The notes beneath the pieces were generated by a model. That model made no database searches and was not told the origin of the DNA. It saw only the letters and a program-made list of their open reading frames with translations. DNA of 64,000 nt from a virus (lineage: Duplodnaviria > Caudoviricetes). The stretch's first letter is position 1. Every line of letters starts with the position of its first letter. A program made the translations under genes and the position numbers. Positions 10,074-23,100 of this stretch are shown one piece after another. The stretch covers positions 64,001 through 128,000 of the IMG/VR virus record IMGVR_UViG_3300028735_000004; one strand, 5' to 3'.

Positions 10074-11191
10074 ACTTCTTTAGATAATTGTAAAATTTGT
10101 TGAGTGATATTATTCCAATTATATTTTTGAATAACATCTTGCTGTTGTAATTTGACTTTTTGTTTTAAATCATTTAGGTTATTTACAGCATATTGTAATT
10201 TATTAGCGGCATCGTTAATATCTGGAACAAACCATAAGGAAGGTTTGCTTTGCCAATACATCGATTTTGGATTTGCTTTCTCAATAGATCCATCAACTAA
10301 CAATGAATTAGTGTTGTTTAAAAAATCCAATTGACCCCCATAATTAGAGCAAACATTAACTAAACCAAATGCTAATGCCTCTAAACCCGGCATATAAAAA
10401 CCTTCACAATGATTTAAGCTAAACAAAATATCACAAGATTTATACAAACCTTCTATATCTGGAATAAATTCTTTTATCACTTTAATCTCTGCGTGATTTT
10501 TATATTTTTGTTGAAATGTTTTAAATATAGAGTTAAATGATACATCAAATGGTAATTTAGGCTCTTTATCAACAACTTTTAATATTAAACAAACATCATC
10601 TTTATTTGTAAAAGCCTTGCCGAATGCTTCTAAAGCCCCTGGAAGATTTTTTCGTAAATGTGGCTGAGCAATATTTAATAATATTTTCGTTTGTTTATTT
10701 GTTTTTATTTGAAGTGGTTGGGTTGTCTCAAATTTATCGACATTAACACCGTGAGGTATAACTATAATTTTTTCTTCAGGTACACCACTATCTATAAATG
10801 TTTGTTTAACGAAATTAGATGGTGCTAAAATTCTATGACAATATTTATAATTTTTTGCAAAACCATCTGGAAGGGAATTTTTCCCAGCCCACTCCCAAGC
10901 CCAAATACCAAATTTTTTAGACTTTTGGCTATGATTTAAATATACTGGAAAATTTTTCATAGCCGTATAACTTAACTCTAAATCATAATCATTGTCAAAA
11001 TTCTCAACTAAATATGGTTTTAAATCATCTGGAAAATGAAGCAAGCCATTGGTGGATTGCAAATGCACAGTGTGATTTTGATGTATTAAGCTACGAGCAA
11101 TATTTTGCCCAATAATACTCCAAGAATGCAATTCGCCTAAAAATTGTTGAATAGATATTTTCACACAAAGATTTATATCCTTGTATAACAA
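10070..11191 (-). CDS. Glycosyltransferase family 4 (GT-B)
   Basis: APSNFVK, IPHGVN, RKNLPGALEAF and EGFYMPGLEA (E-x7-E). The real start may be GTG at 11164. Confidence 0.85.
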   Translation of the reverse strand: MLYKDINLCVKISIQQFLGELHSWSIIGQNIARSLIHQNHTVHLQSTNGLLHFPDDLKPYLVENFDNDYDLELSYTAMKNFPVYLNHSQKSKKFGIWAWEWAGKNSLPDGFAKNYKYCHRILAPSNFVKQTFIDSGVPEEKIIVIPHGVNVDKFETTQPLQIKTNKQTKILLNIAQPHLRKNLPGALEAFGKAFTNKDDVCLILKVVDKEPKLPFDVSFNSIFKTFQQKYKNHAEIKVIKEFIPDIEGLYKSCDILFSLNHCEGFYMPGLEALAFGLVNVCSNYGGQLDFLNNTNSLLVDGSIEKANPKSMYWQSKPSLWFVPDINDAANKLQYAVNNLNDLKQKVKLQQQDVIQKYNWNNITQQILQLSKEV

Positions 11192-11205
11192 TATTTATTA
11201 AAATA

Positions 11206-13851
11206 TTATGATACAGTTAATGTATTGGTGCCTTGAGAGGACGAATAACAATTGGTTGGATTATATACCGCTCTAATAGTAAATATTCCAACATCATAGT
11301 CCCAAGGCGAAACGGTAATTGAGGCATAACTTGCAACTAATGTAGCTGAACTAATAAATACTTCTGGACCCGCCGGGTCTCCACCTATTGTTAATTGTTG
11401 ATAATAAAAATCAACAGTTCCATCAGGAGATCCTCCAGAAACATAGGCAGTAAATGTTGTTGTTCCGTGAATTGATATAAACATAGGATCAATTGTTAAA
11501 GTCGTTGTAGTTGAAGTTGGTGAATTAACCTGATATTCAGTAATAGTATCATTGCTGGTATTATAATTACTATCTCCTTGATAATAAGCCTTAATGCGCC
11601 AAGTTCCTGCCGGCACTATACTGTTGCTAATATTGCAGGTCGCCCCTCCAACCGACGGAACAAGTGTAGCTGAACCAATCGTAATTTCAGGAGTGCCCAC
11701 ACGAGGTGCGTATTTAAATATAACCGTTCCGGATGGAGTTCCTGAGCCTGGAAAATTTACAGATACATCAGCGGTGTATGTTGTATTAGAGCCAGCACAT
11801 CCGACACCAGGAGATGCAGATAAAGACACAGAAGTGTTTGCTTTATTCACAGTTTGTACAATAGGATCTGATGTTTTTGGACCAAATATACCGTCTCCAA
11901 GGTATGAAGCAGTTATATTAAATGTTCCGGCGCCAAAAAAAGTAATAGATCCATTACCAATACCCGCTAATAAAGAAGAGGTGGCGACCACAGTTCCATT
12001 TTTTTTAAATTGAACATTTCCGGTAGGAGTTCCATAAATACTTGAGACAGTTGCAATATAATTAATAGTTTCTCCAACTACAGATGGATTTGGATCCGCT
12101 ATCGCTTTTTCAATTGTTATAGATGTTCCATATCCAATTACTTGATGAACTAATGTAGAAGAATATGCCGGCAAATAATTATTATCACCGTAATAAATTG
12201 CTGACAAATAATATGTTCCAGCTGATAAAAATACAGGATTATAATTTAATTGACCTGAAGATAAAGTGCCAGAATACAATGCATCATATCCATCTTTAAA
12301 GAAAATCACATCACCTGTCGGGGTAGCAACAGAGCCGACCACATAAGCACTAAATGTTAAAGTATCGCCTAATTCAGATGGATTAGTGCCTAATGTTTGA
12401 TATAATAAAATAGTTGAAACTGATTTATAAATATCGTGATATAATTCTTGAGATAATCCATTATGATTGCTATCTCCAGAATAAATCGCTGTAAATAAAT
12501 GCGTTCCAGCATTAAAATCATAACCAGAAATAGATGCAGTAGCAACTCCATCGATATTGGACAGAATTGCAGAACCAATTAAATAATATCCGTCATAAAA
12601 ATTAATGCTACCAGAAGGAACGCTACCATAATCACCAGAAACTTTACATAATAAATATATATTAGAGCCATAACCAGATGGATTTGATCCAGGAATGCTA
12701 AAATCTAAATATACTCCGGCTTTACTAACCGTGTAATTTAATGTGGCTGTTTTTGTTTCAAAAACCTCAGTGCCTCTATATATCGCTCTTAAATAATGAG
12801 ATCCTGTAGATAATGAAGAAATTGATAATTCAGTATATCCATCAGATAAATATCCACTACCAAGAAAAGTATAATACCCATCATAAAAATCAACAATTCC
12901 ATCAGGAACCGATGTTGATGTTAATGTTGCATTTAATGTTATAAGTTGATTATAATAAGAAGAAGTTGGAGATGCGGTTAATGTCATACTTACTGGAGTA
13001 TAAACCGGATCTGTAATAACTTGACTTAAAATATTAGAAGTATTAGTTAAATGATTTCTGCTGCCTAAATAAACTGCTGTAATATAATGAGTACCTATAT
13101 CAGCAATTTTAGTAGTGAATACAACTGTACCAGAACCGTCTAATGTTCCAGTTGCTAATAATGTAGTATAGCCATCATAAAAACTTACTCTTCCTTGTGG
13201 TATTCCATAAGAAGAAGATACTTGTGCTGAAAAATTAACTAATTGATTATTGCCGGCCGGATTTAGATTGGATGTTAAATTTACTGTTGTTGAGATTGGT
13301 GAAATTAATTGAGATATTGGTAAAGTAATACTTGGACCATAAAAATCATTACCTACATAATACGCTTTAACTTCATATAATCCGCCTTCAAGGAAAACAT
13401 CTCCGGAATTAGCTACACCTAAATTATTTAACTCTACTTCCTTAATTTCTAAATTATTTGAATAAAATTTTACACGACCTTGAGGAATAGATCCGTCTGC
13501 AGATAATACAGTTGCAGTAAAATTAACAAACTCTCCATAATTAATTGAAAAGTTAGAGCTAATTAATGAAATTGAGGTAGAAATTGGAGTTCTACTAACC
13601 ACATTTTCTATAACAATTGAAGATACGCTTGTGTTGAAGCGGCCCTGACCATCATATTCGGCGATAATATTATTATTTCCTGGATTTAAATCAGATACTT
13701 CTAATTCTGCTTCTCCCCTGGAATTTAATTTTACCCTACCTATTTCTACATTACCATTTTTAAAAACAACAAATCCTTTGGGAATAACAGGAGTATCCAA
13801 AGATATTACTTTGGCTTTTACTTTTACCTTATCTCCTTGTTTAATAACCAT
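11206..13851 (-). CDS. Virion adhesin/fibre with about 9 tandem bacterial Ig-like (group 3) domains
   Basis: Repeats of T-x-L-T-x-S-P-N-P...P-x-G-x-V-x-F-x-D-G...G-x-H/Y-x-I-T-A-x-Y-x-G-D-x-N. Confidence 0.85.
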   Translation of the reverse strand: MVIKQGDKVKVKAKVISLDTPVIPKGFVVFKNGNVEIGRVKLNSRGEAELEVSDLNPGNNNIIAEYDGQGRFNTSVSSIVIENVVSRTPISTSISLISSNFSINYGEFVNFTATVLSADGSIPQGRVKFYSNNLEIKEVELNNLGVANSGDVFLEGGLYEVKAYYVGNDFYGPSITLPISQLISPISTTVNLTSNLNPAGNNQLVNFSAQVSSSYGIPQGRVSFYDGYTTLLATGTLDGSGTVVFTTKIADIGTHYITAVYLGSRNHLTNTSNILSQVITDPVYTPVSMTLTASPTSSYYNQLITLNATLTSTSVPDGIVDFYDGYYTFLGSGYLSDGYTELSISSLSTGSHYLRAIYRGTEVFETKTATLNYTVSKAGVYLDFSIPGSNPSGYGSNIYLLCKVSGDYGSVPSGSINFYDGYYLIGSAILSNIDGVATASISGYDFNAGTHLFTAIYSGDSNHNGLSQELYHDIYKSVSTILLYQTLGTNPSELGDTLTFSAYVVGSVATPTGDVIFFKDGYDALYSGTLSSGQLNYNPVFLSAGTYYLSAIYYGDNNYLPAYSSTLVHQVIGYGTSITIEKAIADPNPSVVGETINYIATVSSIYGTPTGNVQFKKNGTVVATSSLLAGIGNGSITFFGAGTFNITASYLGDGIFGPKTSDPIVQTVNKANTSVSLSASPGVGCAGSNTTYTADVSVNFPGSGTPSGTVIFKYAPRVGTPEITIGSATLVPSVGGATCNISNSIVPAGTWRIKAYYQGDSNYNTSNDTITEYQVNSPTSTTTTLTIDPMFISIHGTTTFTAYVSGGSPDGTVDFYYQQLTIGGDPAGPEVFISSATLVASYASITVSPWDYDVGIFTIRAVYNPTNCYSSSQGTNTLTVS

Positions 13852-16800
13852 TATGTTAAGATAATTAGGGTATCATTACCACAGTTGAAAGTTTCTGGAG
13901 TTAATTCAAGTATGTTTTGTGTTTTGCTTGCAGAAACAAATAATGGTTTATTGTTCCAACCTGCTTTTTTAAGATAAACAGTGATATTTAATTTTGTGCT
14001 TAAGGTTTGAAGTGTAAAATCATCAAACAAATTAGCAAAATTTAAATATAATAAACCGGTTTGATGGTCTAAATAAATACCCATTCTACCATCAACTATT
14101 GGACCGCTCATATTATCACAATAATACCCATCCAATAATGGAGAATTAGATTGTAATGAAACCGATATTCTAACCTGATCCTTAAGTAATGCATCCGATT
14201 CTACTACGGAACAATCCGCAAATTTCATAGAATTATATCCAAGTCGAGTTTTACCGTTTCCATCTTGATTGCATATAAAGTCAGCAAATAAGTTTATATA
14301 TTTTTCTTCAACAATCGCTGATGCAGGTAATTCTAAAGTAATTTGACCAACTTCAAAATCTACTTTATAGAAATAACCATCAGATCTTAAAATTTCTCCA
14401 CCTAAGTTCATAACCAAATTGTTAGGTATAAAGAAATCATTTTTGCCAGGATCAAATGCCTCTATAAATGGATAAATATCGCTTGACTTTCCGCTTACAT
14501 TACAGGTATTTATGTTATGACCACTTTGATATGTAAATGCAACTGGAACCATTCTTACATTTGGACTTGTTGTAATATAATAATCATTCCAAGATAATTG
14601 TTTTACTATATTAAATGCAACCGGACTTGTTAAAAGATCTTGGCCATATAAAGAGAAGCCTAAATTATAACCGTCTGCTAAAATATCTGGAACAATATGT
14701 ATTAATGAACTTCTATTATTTATGCTTGAACTATAATCATCATCTCTGTCGGTGAATTGTTCTAATGTTAATTTCAAAACATTAAACTTAGTACCAATTT
14801 TATTGGCAGGAGAGGATGTAGCGGGAAATGGAGGGTTTTTATAAATATAATCAGTTAGTAAGCTTGTATCTACGCTGCTTACGATCATATCTCCATTGAT
14901 ATCAGCCTTATACGCCTGCAATATTACTTCTGGACTATAATATAATTTTTTAATAGTAATATTATTTGGATCAAGTAATGCGGTAATACTAAATGAACCT
15001 ATATTTTTTGGATTAATAGCAGTAGGAATATGAACTTTTAAAGTAGATAAATTAGATAAAGCAGAAAAATTGGTTGATGCACTTGCAAAATTAGCCAAGG
15101 TGCCATCTAAAACATTTACGGTTAAAATACCATCAGTACCGCTTGCTACAACATTTACTCCATCTAATACTTGGAATGTAAGGGGACCATCATCAACGAA
15201 ATAATTAGTTAGAGAAATATAATCTTGTTGTGTTGGTACGGATGTTAAATTTACACCTAATAAATTTTGTGCTATCGCTAAATCATTTTCATCAACAACA
15301 CCATCATCATTTAAATCACCGTATGTTAATGAAATTAATTCACTTCTACAAATTCTATAAAAATTTGTAGGATTAGATATGTTAGGAATAAATTTTGCGT
15401 TATTTAAATTGCCATTTAAGAATTCTGTTACTAAATTTAAAACATCTAAATCATATCGCGGATCTGTAGGATCGTCTATAATTTTAATTAATAATTCGTT
15501 TTTAACTATACAGTATTCTCTTAAATAAGCCGATATAGCGGCCGATAATGCATTATAAGATTTGACATTTTTATCTGAAACAGTGCCTAAAATCAATGGA
15601 TCTGATGTTTGAGTTAATTTTAATAACTCACTATCTTTAATTAAAGATAAGGACGGTTCATATTGTTTAATACTATCTATTGTATTGCCAGTTCTTGCAT
15701 CTTGAACAGGCACGCTTGTATTTTCAACAGCAGAAAGATGAGCGTAATATACATCGTTTCTGACAAAGGATACATTATCTAAACAATAATCAATATTTAC
15801 ACCAGTATTATTATCTAATTTAACTTTCGGTACAGAAACACCCACACCTGCATCATAAGCCTGACCATCTGAAATTTTAACTGCATCAGACCATACTTGA
15901 AACCATAAACTTTCTTCAGAAACATCTACCCAATCATTACCATCAAATAATGTTAATCTGCTTTCTGAAAAAATATTTTCTCCGACAGCAAATTTAATAC
16001 TACACTTATTTGCCGAACCTGCTCTTTTAACGGTTATTACATAATATTTATCTGCAGATATAGCGGTTCCTGCACCAACCGCAGTATTACTGAAAATAAA
16101 ATCAACAGGTTGTGGAACAGTATCTAATACAACTCCACGATCTGCTAAACTATTATAATTAAAACTTAATTGTGCTAAAGGAATATTTGATGGTGGGAAA
16201 TCTATTGCTAATGTCGGTGATATTTCAACCGGACAATCTAATACAGATTGCAATGGATATAAACTAACTATTAAATCACCATTCCATACTAAATCTGCTG
16301 GATTAGATGAATTATCTACGGACATCAATAAGGTAATTTTTTGAATATTACTATTTGATGCTAAAAATTTTTGACCTATTTGAGAAACTACATCATTTTC
16401 TGCCAATTCTCTTAATTGTCTATATCCAGTTTTAATATTTAAGGTATCTAAATTATAACTTGGTAAGGCTTGTTGTAGCATACTTGATAATGAACCGCCT
16501 CCAGAAACAAAGAAATCTCTAAAAAATAAATTTGGTTCTACATCTTGCGCTAACATTAAACTATCTCGAGAAATAGTTAATGGATTAGTTTCTTTAATAA
16601 CAATTCTGCCACCCAAATTAAAAGATAAATTAGCGTCCCCAATGAAATCATTAAAAAATACTTTTAATACTCTAACATAATGGTTTTTAGAAAATTGTTT
16701 TTCATTTGTATGAAACACAAATCTATCATACTGTAATGTATTTTCAAAATTTAAACCTATAATTAATACTTTAACTGTTCTTTTACCAGTAGCCAAAGAT

Positions 16801-17075
16801 CCAGATAATTCAACTTCTAATTGAGATCCTTGATTTTGATCTCTGGGCTGATTTTGAAAATCTATACCCTTGCCATCTAATACGCCAGAAACCAATAAAG
16901 AATCAAATAATTGTTTTTGAGATAATACATCTGGAACTACACCGGATCCAAAATGATTATTAATAATTCCAGTTTGAATTTGATTGTTATAACTTTGTTC
17001 AGTTAATAAATCAGCATCATCAATATTTTGACCATTAAACCATTTATTTTGTGGAGCTGATACCGGTATTCTCAT
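13851..17075 (-). CDS. Baseplate/fibre-anchor structural protein with two dockerin/EF-hand-like motifs
   Basis: N-terminal WFNGQNIDDADLLTEQSY is typical of baseplate-attached fibre proteins. GDLNDDGVVDEND and ADINGDMIVSSVD motifs. Position follows the wedge gene. Confidence 0.6.
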   Translation of the reverse strand: MRIPVSAPQNKWFNGQNIDDADLLTEQSYNNQIQTGIINNHFGSGVVPDVLSQKQLFDSLLVSGVLDGKGIDFQNQPRDQNQGSQLEVELSGSLATGKRTVKVLIIGLNFENTLQYDRFVFHTNEKQFSKNHYVRVLKVFFNDFIGDANLSFNLGGRIVIKETNPLTISRDSLMLAQDVEPNLFFRDFFVSGGGSLSSMLQQALPSYNLDTLNIKTGYRQLRELAENDVVSQIGQKFLASNSNIQKITLLMSVDNSSNPADLVWNGDLIVSLYPLQSVLDCPVEISPTLAIDFPPSNIPLAQLSFNYNSLADRGVVLDTVPQPVDFIFSNTAVGAGTAISADKYYVITVKRAGSANKCSIKFAVGENIFSESRLTLFDGNDWVDVSEESLWFQVWSDAVKISDGQAYDAGVGVSVPKVKLDNNTGVNIDYCLDNVSFVRNDVYYAHLSAVENTSVPVQDARTGNTIDSIKQYEPSLSLIKDSELLKLTQTSDPLILGTVSDKNVKSYNALSAAISAYLREYCIVKNELLIKIIDDPTDPRYDLDVLNLVTEFLNGNLNNAKFIPNISNPTNFYRICRSELISLTYGDLNDDGVVDENDLAIAQNLLGVNLTSVPTQQDYISLTNYFVDDGPLTFQVLDGVNVVASGTDGILTVNVLDGTLANFASASTNFSALSNLSTLKVHIPTAINPKNIGSFSITALLDPNNITIKKLYYSPEVILQAYKADINGDMIVSSVDTSLLTDYIYKNPPFPATSSPANKIGTKFNVLKLTLEQFTDRDDDYSSSINNRSSLIHIVPDILADGYNLGFSLYGQDLLTSPVAFNIVKQLSWNDYYITTSPNVRMVPVAFTYQSGHNINTCNVSGKSSDIYPFIEAFDPGKNDFFIPNNLVMNLGGEILRSDGYFYKVDFEVGQITLELPASAIVEEKYINLFADFICNQDGNGKTRLGYNSMKFADCSVVESDALLKDQVRISVSLQSNSPLLDGYYCDNMSGPIVDGRMGIYLDHQTGLLYLNFANLFDDFTLQTLSTKLNITVYLKKAGWNNKPLFVSASKTQNILELTPETFNCGNDTLIILT

Positions 17076-17106
17076 TTTTATCTCTTTATTATATATATCT
17101 TAAAAA

Positions 17107-20100
17107 TCATTTGTATATGATAAAACTTCTAGAGTTAGCTGGTTTTAATTTTTTAACTAAAATTTCTAATATTTCTTGTAATTTATCATTTTGACTAATT
17201 AATTTAAATGAATCAAATACTGTGATAGTAAAATCAAATAAACCTATCTCATCGTTGCGCAATTTAGCGAAATCTTCAACTTTTTCAATTACTTTATCAA
17301 AGTCTAAAAGTAAAGTTGTATATAAATCTTCGACAACCGGCAACACTATCTCGGTATTAGAACTGTAATTTACATCTAATGATTCGCCATAAGGCATATA
17401 TAAAGGCCTTGATACATTACTAATTCTTAAATTATCTATTAAGGCAAATGCACCATTTTTACCACTATGATCTGTTCCAATATAAAATTCATTTATAGTA
17501 TCTTTAAAGGTAATTGAAGAAATAATGCTTGATTCTCCAACATAAGATGAGCCCATAACTACACCTTGACCTAATAGTAAGCCGCTTCCAAATAAAACAT
17601 TGCCTCTTTCATATCCATCTACAAATAATCTAATTTCATCTTTACCTAATCCGCCATTAACTTTGTAAGATGCCTTTACTCTATGCCAAGAGTTTCTGGT
17701 CCAGAAAATAGGTGCTCTAATTTGGTAATCTAATGAATCGGCTCTTATATTAAAATTAATATATCCAGATGGATCTTTATATATAGAAATTCGATCTCCA
17801 TTTGTACCAGTTGGTTCATAACTTACTATTACCGGTGTATTTGGGCTTGGTAGTGGTTTTCTTAAATAAATAGTTTGTTTATCACTGGAAATAGTTCCGT
17901 TAATAAAGTAATCATAATCTTTATCACCGTAAAGTAATTTGACACTAACAATTTTTGATGCCCTACCTTTAATTTTAACTTCCACATTATTTACGCTTGT
18001 GGTTTTTTCTGATACTACCGAAGATGCGTCAAAGTAGAAACGATATGCTATATCGTTCCAGGAATCAAACAATGTATTAATCCAAAACTCTATAGTTCCT
18101 TCATTTTTGTTTAAAATTCCAAGATTTTCGAATTTCAAAGGAGCATTAGTAAAACAAATACTTTGATTAAATTTATCATTTACTTTCTCAGAAGCCTGAA
18201 TGTATTGATGGTTTGAAGTAATGTAAAAATCAGCCTTATTAACGAATGGTTTTTCATCAAATGTAGAATAAAAAATCAAATTCGATGTTAATTTAGGAGG
18301 TTTAACCGAATTATAATGTTTGGTAATAGTTTCTTTTGAAGAACTAACTACCTCTCCAATTCTAACATCACTATACATAGCAGAAGATATTCTTACTTCA
18401 TCTAAAATCCCACCTAATTGATTTTTTTCATCATAACTGGATCCAAGATAAAAATAAGGAATGTTAGATTTAAATGGTATTGTTAAATATGTATAATAAT
18501 CAAACTCATACATTCCTTTAGTTAGAATATATGGAATGCCAGCAAACCTATCTTCTTCAAATGTAAAGAAGCCGTTTTGTAATCCACTACTATAAGTATG
18601 TAAATTCAAAACTTCATATACGCCATCGGTAAATGTGGTTAATGGTAATGGATAAGAAGATGACAATTGAGATAAAGTTAAACTCATTCTATCAGAAGAA
18701 ACTCCAGTTATATTATAGAAACCGGCAACTGCAGACGGAGATATTATTCTTAAATAATTACCAATTAAAGTATCTGAAAAATGAGCGTTTTCGTCTCTAA
18801 CTACATATCCATCTGATCCATCATTATAAAGAGTATTACCTACAGAAACTTGATAACTAAATCTAATGACTGGAGAAACTATCTCATATCCATCAGCAAG
18901 ATATGCCGTATTTATATCTTTATATGTAATAGCATTCGCTTCTTTAACCGCTAATAATAAACAGTCTTTGGAAGTATCTATTGGTTTGCAATTAACTTGT
19001 ACTGTATTAACTAATAAAAATAAATTAGAAGTATTAAGAGAGCCAACATCAGTAAAAGTTAAAGTTTCGATAACATTTTCTTGCAATCCAGAAATTGGAT
19101 TTAATCTAATGCCATCTATATTAACGCTAACTGATGTGCTAAAATCTATATTGGTGCCATTAATTTCTACAGTTAAAAATCTTCCGCTGTCTGTATTAGA
19201 TGGCTGATCCGTTTTTAAATTATTAGAATTGAATACACCGAATGATAAGGTGGAATTGCTTGGTCCTATTGCTGTTCTATCTAATAATACTTTATAAATT
19301 TTAACATCATTTAAAGAAACGGGTGGAGGTAATCTTGTCGGTATTACATTAGCATTATTACCCCAAATATAATATTTTTGTTTTAACCTTCTATTATTAA
19401 TACCTAATGTATTAATTAATACTATATCGTTAATTAGTGCTTTATCTCTAATTGTCAAAACCGCGTTATAATAACCATCTGTGCTTTCACTTATTTCGTA
19501 CGCTGGATGCAAGGCTCTAACGCCTGGTATTTCTTCATCTTCATTTTTATAAATATAAAAATTGGTGCCAGAAAAAGATGATGGAAGAGTGTCATTTATA
19601 ATTAACGAATTGGCTGATACACTTAAAATAGTATAGACATCACTTAAACCATCTATTTTAATTAAATATCCTGGATTAATTTTAGAGCTTATAAAATTAG
19701 ATGATGAAGAATAAACAATGCTGGCGCCAATAGTACCTTGCAAATCATTATTAGTTAAGCTTGTGTGTAATAAAGAAACAGCAATATTGGGATAAATATC
19801 AATAGGAGTTTTAACACTGAATGATGTTTTATTTACTGAAAACTTACCATTCTGTATTGTTAATGGCATAACAGATGCTAATGTTAAATTATTTCCATTA
19901 ACAAATGTAATATTATATCCAGTAGTTGAAAAACCCTCTTCTTCTATATATAAAGTATCACCAATATTAATGCCATAAGCACCAAAATTAATTGATGAAT
20001 TAACGATATTAGATCCGAAAGTTGTCGATAAATCAGTAGATGAAACAATATTATTATTAATGAAACCTATTATTTGTTCCGGATTAATAGTTCTATATTT

Positions 20101-23100
20101 TTCGTGCAGATATGGTTTAAGTTTTTCACCATATTTAAAAATATTTGGAACCTCTTGTCCATCAACAAATAAATGAATTTCGTCTCTTCCGGTTTTTGCG
20201 TTGAGTTTCCAAGATGTGGCAACAAAATGTTTTTCTCCGGCTTTCCAGGCAGAGATATCAGAACTAATTAAATAAGATGTTTTATTGCTATCGAAAATTT
20301 TGAAATTTAAATATCCGGTCTCATCTTTAAATAAAGAAATTCTATTTTTATTTTCATTTTCGGCATAATCTAAAATATAATGAGTTGTATCAGCCAAAAA
20401 TGTTATTTCTTGCTGAGGATTAATATCATTGGTTATTTTGTAATTTATTTTGCTAACAGATGTGAATAAACTTCCAGAATATGGTTTCGAAACTGAAGTA
20501 AATTTTGAATCATAAAATTTACCGTTAGTTTCTATTGTAATATCATAATTTTTTACAATATACCCATCATCATATCCGTCTTGAATAGCAAGATACCATC
20601 TGGAAAAATCGCCAGATAAATCTTTATCGTAGTAAATAAATACACCATCTTTATATTTATTAGGAGTCCCATCAACTCTATCGTTTTTATTTAATTTAAT
20701 AACATATTTATTATTTTCGACAACATATGACGGGTGATATTCGGCCGCTCCTATAAAAATTTGATTTTCTGGTAAAGGAACACCATTTTTTAAAATAGAA
20801 ATTGTTAAATCTGCTAAATTATCTAAACCGTTCCATTCAGGTATAATCCAACTCTCAAATGTTCCTTCTTCTATTTTTAAATTTCCTGCTATTGGTAATT
20901 TAATATATTCATCACTATTTTTAATTAAAACTCCACTACCATATTTAGATGGCAAAAGATTTAAATCGCCGGATGTTATAATTTCTTCTTGAGATAATAA
21001 ATTATATCCTAATGACCAATTAGTAAAAGCTGATTCTTTAACTTCGGCCGGAGTATGAGATATAATTGATGCAATATTTTTGATTGCAGTTAATGATGGA
21101 CCACTAATAAATGATTGCATTGCTGCAATTAAACAATCTCTATATCTTTCCCTATCAAACAATGTATCAAAAGTGGAAAGTATTGGGATATCGATTAATA
21201 AACCGAAATTCTTTAATAATGCATCTCTTAAAGCACCAACTTTATAACTTACATAATAATCTTCATTAGGATTAAGAGCAGAACTATTTCTAAAATCTAA
21301 AACATTATCTCCATATTCATAACTAATAACAATTTCATCTGCCAAATAAGTATAATCTATATAAAAATCACCTTTATTATAATCAATTACCAAAGAAGAT
21401 AAATCGTTAATAGTAAATGAATAATTAACTACTACATAATCTCCGTTTTGAGGATTATTAATTCCGGATAAAACTAAAGTCAAATTATTGCCAAGTACAT
21501 AAGATCCAGAATTATCCCATAATTCATATCCATCAGAAGCTTTAATTACGCTTATATTTAAAGATATATTTGGTGATAAATAATATAATGGATTATTTAA
21601 TGTAATATAGTATTGATATCCATCATATTGAACTATTTGATATTCTTCAAAATCAAGAGAAGATACGCTTACTATTTTACCAGAAGCTGACGCCGCATTA
21701 GCAAAATTTATTGGCTGTATATTATTATATAAATCATTTAATTCATATAATCCTCTAATATACTTAACATTATTGCTAACGCCTGGTACAAATTCAGAAT
21801 TATCAAAAGATCCTATTTTATTATTTAATAATACATAAGGATACAATTGATCGTTATTTAAAAATCTTTCATTTAAATATTCCAAATTTTCAACATATGC
21901 AGATCCGTCAAAGATATCAGAATAAGCAAAAGTTTTTTCTTTTTGAGAAATTGAGCTAAATTGATAATATAAATCTTCTACACTTAATATGTGAGGGTAT
22001 TGTGTATTGATATAAGATCGTTTATAAGAAACAGAGCCAATATTAAAATCTTGATTTATATCTACTGCGCAATAAATTACACCATTTTTATAATCAACTT
22101 GATAATAACCAACTTGATTTAATCTTGTCAAATTATCAGTTTCAGATATAAAATTATCAAAATACAACTCATTAACAAAAATATTTAAATCTGAAAAATT
22201 AACAGTAGAGTTTTCTGAAAAACCTAAACCGTCTTCACTTGAACCAACTATATTATTATTATTTAATAAAATTTTAAATATTTTTATATTAGGATCAACA
22301 GTAGTAATTATAGTGTTAATAAATAAAGTTTCGTTAGAGACATAATCAAACGAAGCCCTTTCTCTAACTAATGATTGAATGTTTGGTGGTATATTATAAG
22401 AAAAATATATTTTATCATTATTAAATCTTACAAATTTATATAATTCTCCAGAAGTTTCATTATATATTCTAAATACATTTGTAATAGGACTATTTTGTGC
22501 TTTAAGTGCATTTAAGGCAATTAAATTATTTCCTATTCTTTCGTTTAAAGCCTCTTTATGTATATTTGCAATATAATCAATATCTTTAGCCAACACATTT
22601 TCAAAACTAAAACTAATGTCAGCTGATATTTCTTTTAAATTTCCGTTAGGTAATGAAACTAACTCTAACAAGCTTTCGTCATAAACATAATCGATATCTT
22701 CTTTAAAGGAATATTTGTAATTATATACTATTACTGGTGGAGTAGCTCCAGTACCAGACATTTCTTGACTTTCACCATATACATATACAGTTCCGGTTTC
22801 ATAATCTATCGCATATTCCCCAACACGAGATGGCAAATAATCAACTCTATAAGGTATCTCATATAAAAATGCCGGATGTTTTACATTAGAGTTTGGAGGA
22901 GCACTTAAATTATAAAAAACCACATCTCCAACACTACCAATCTTACCATTTGCTTTAGTGATTGGAGCGTGTTTTAAATTGAAAATATTCTTTAACGGAG
23001 GGAGAGTTTCTCTGCCGGAAGATAAAACGGTGCTAACCTCAATCGTTGTAGGATCTATAGAAATAGATGTATCTTTATATTGATATTTAACCGAAATATT

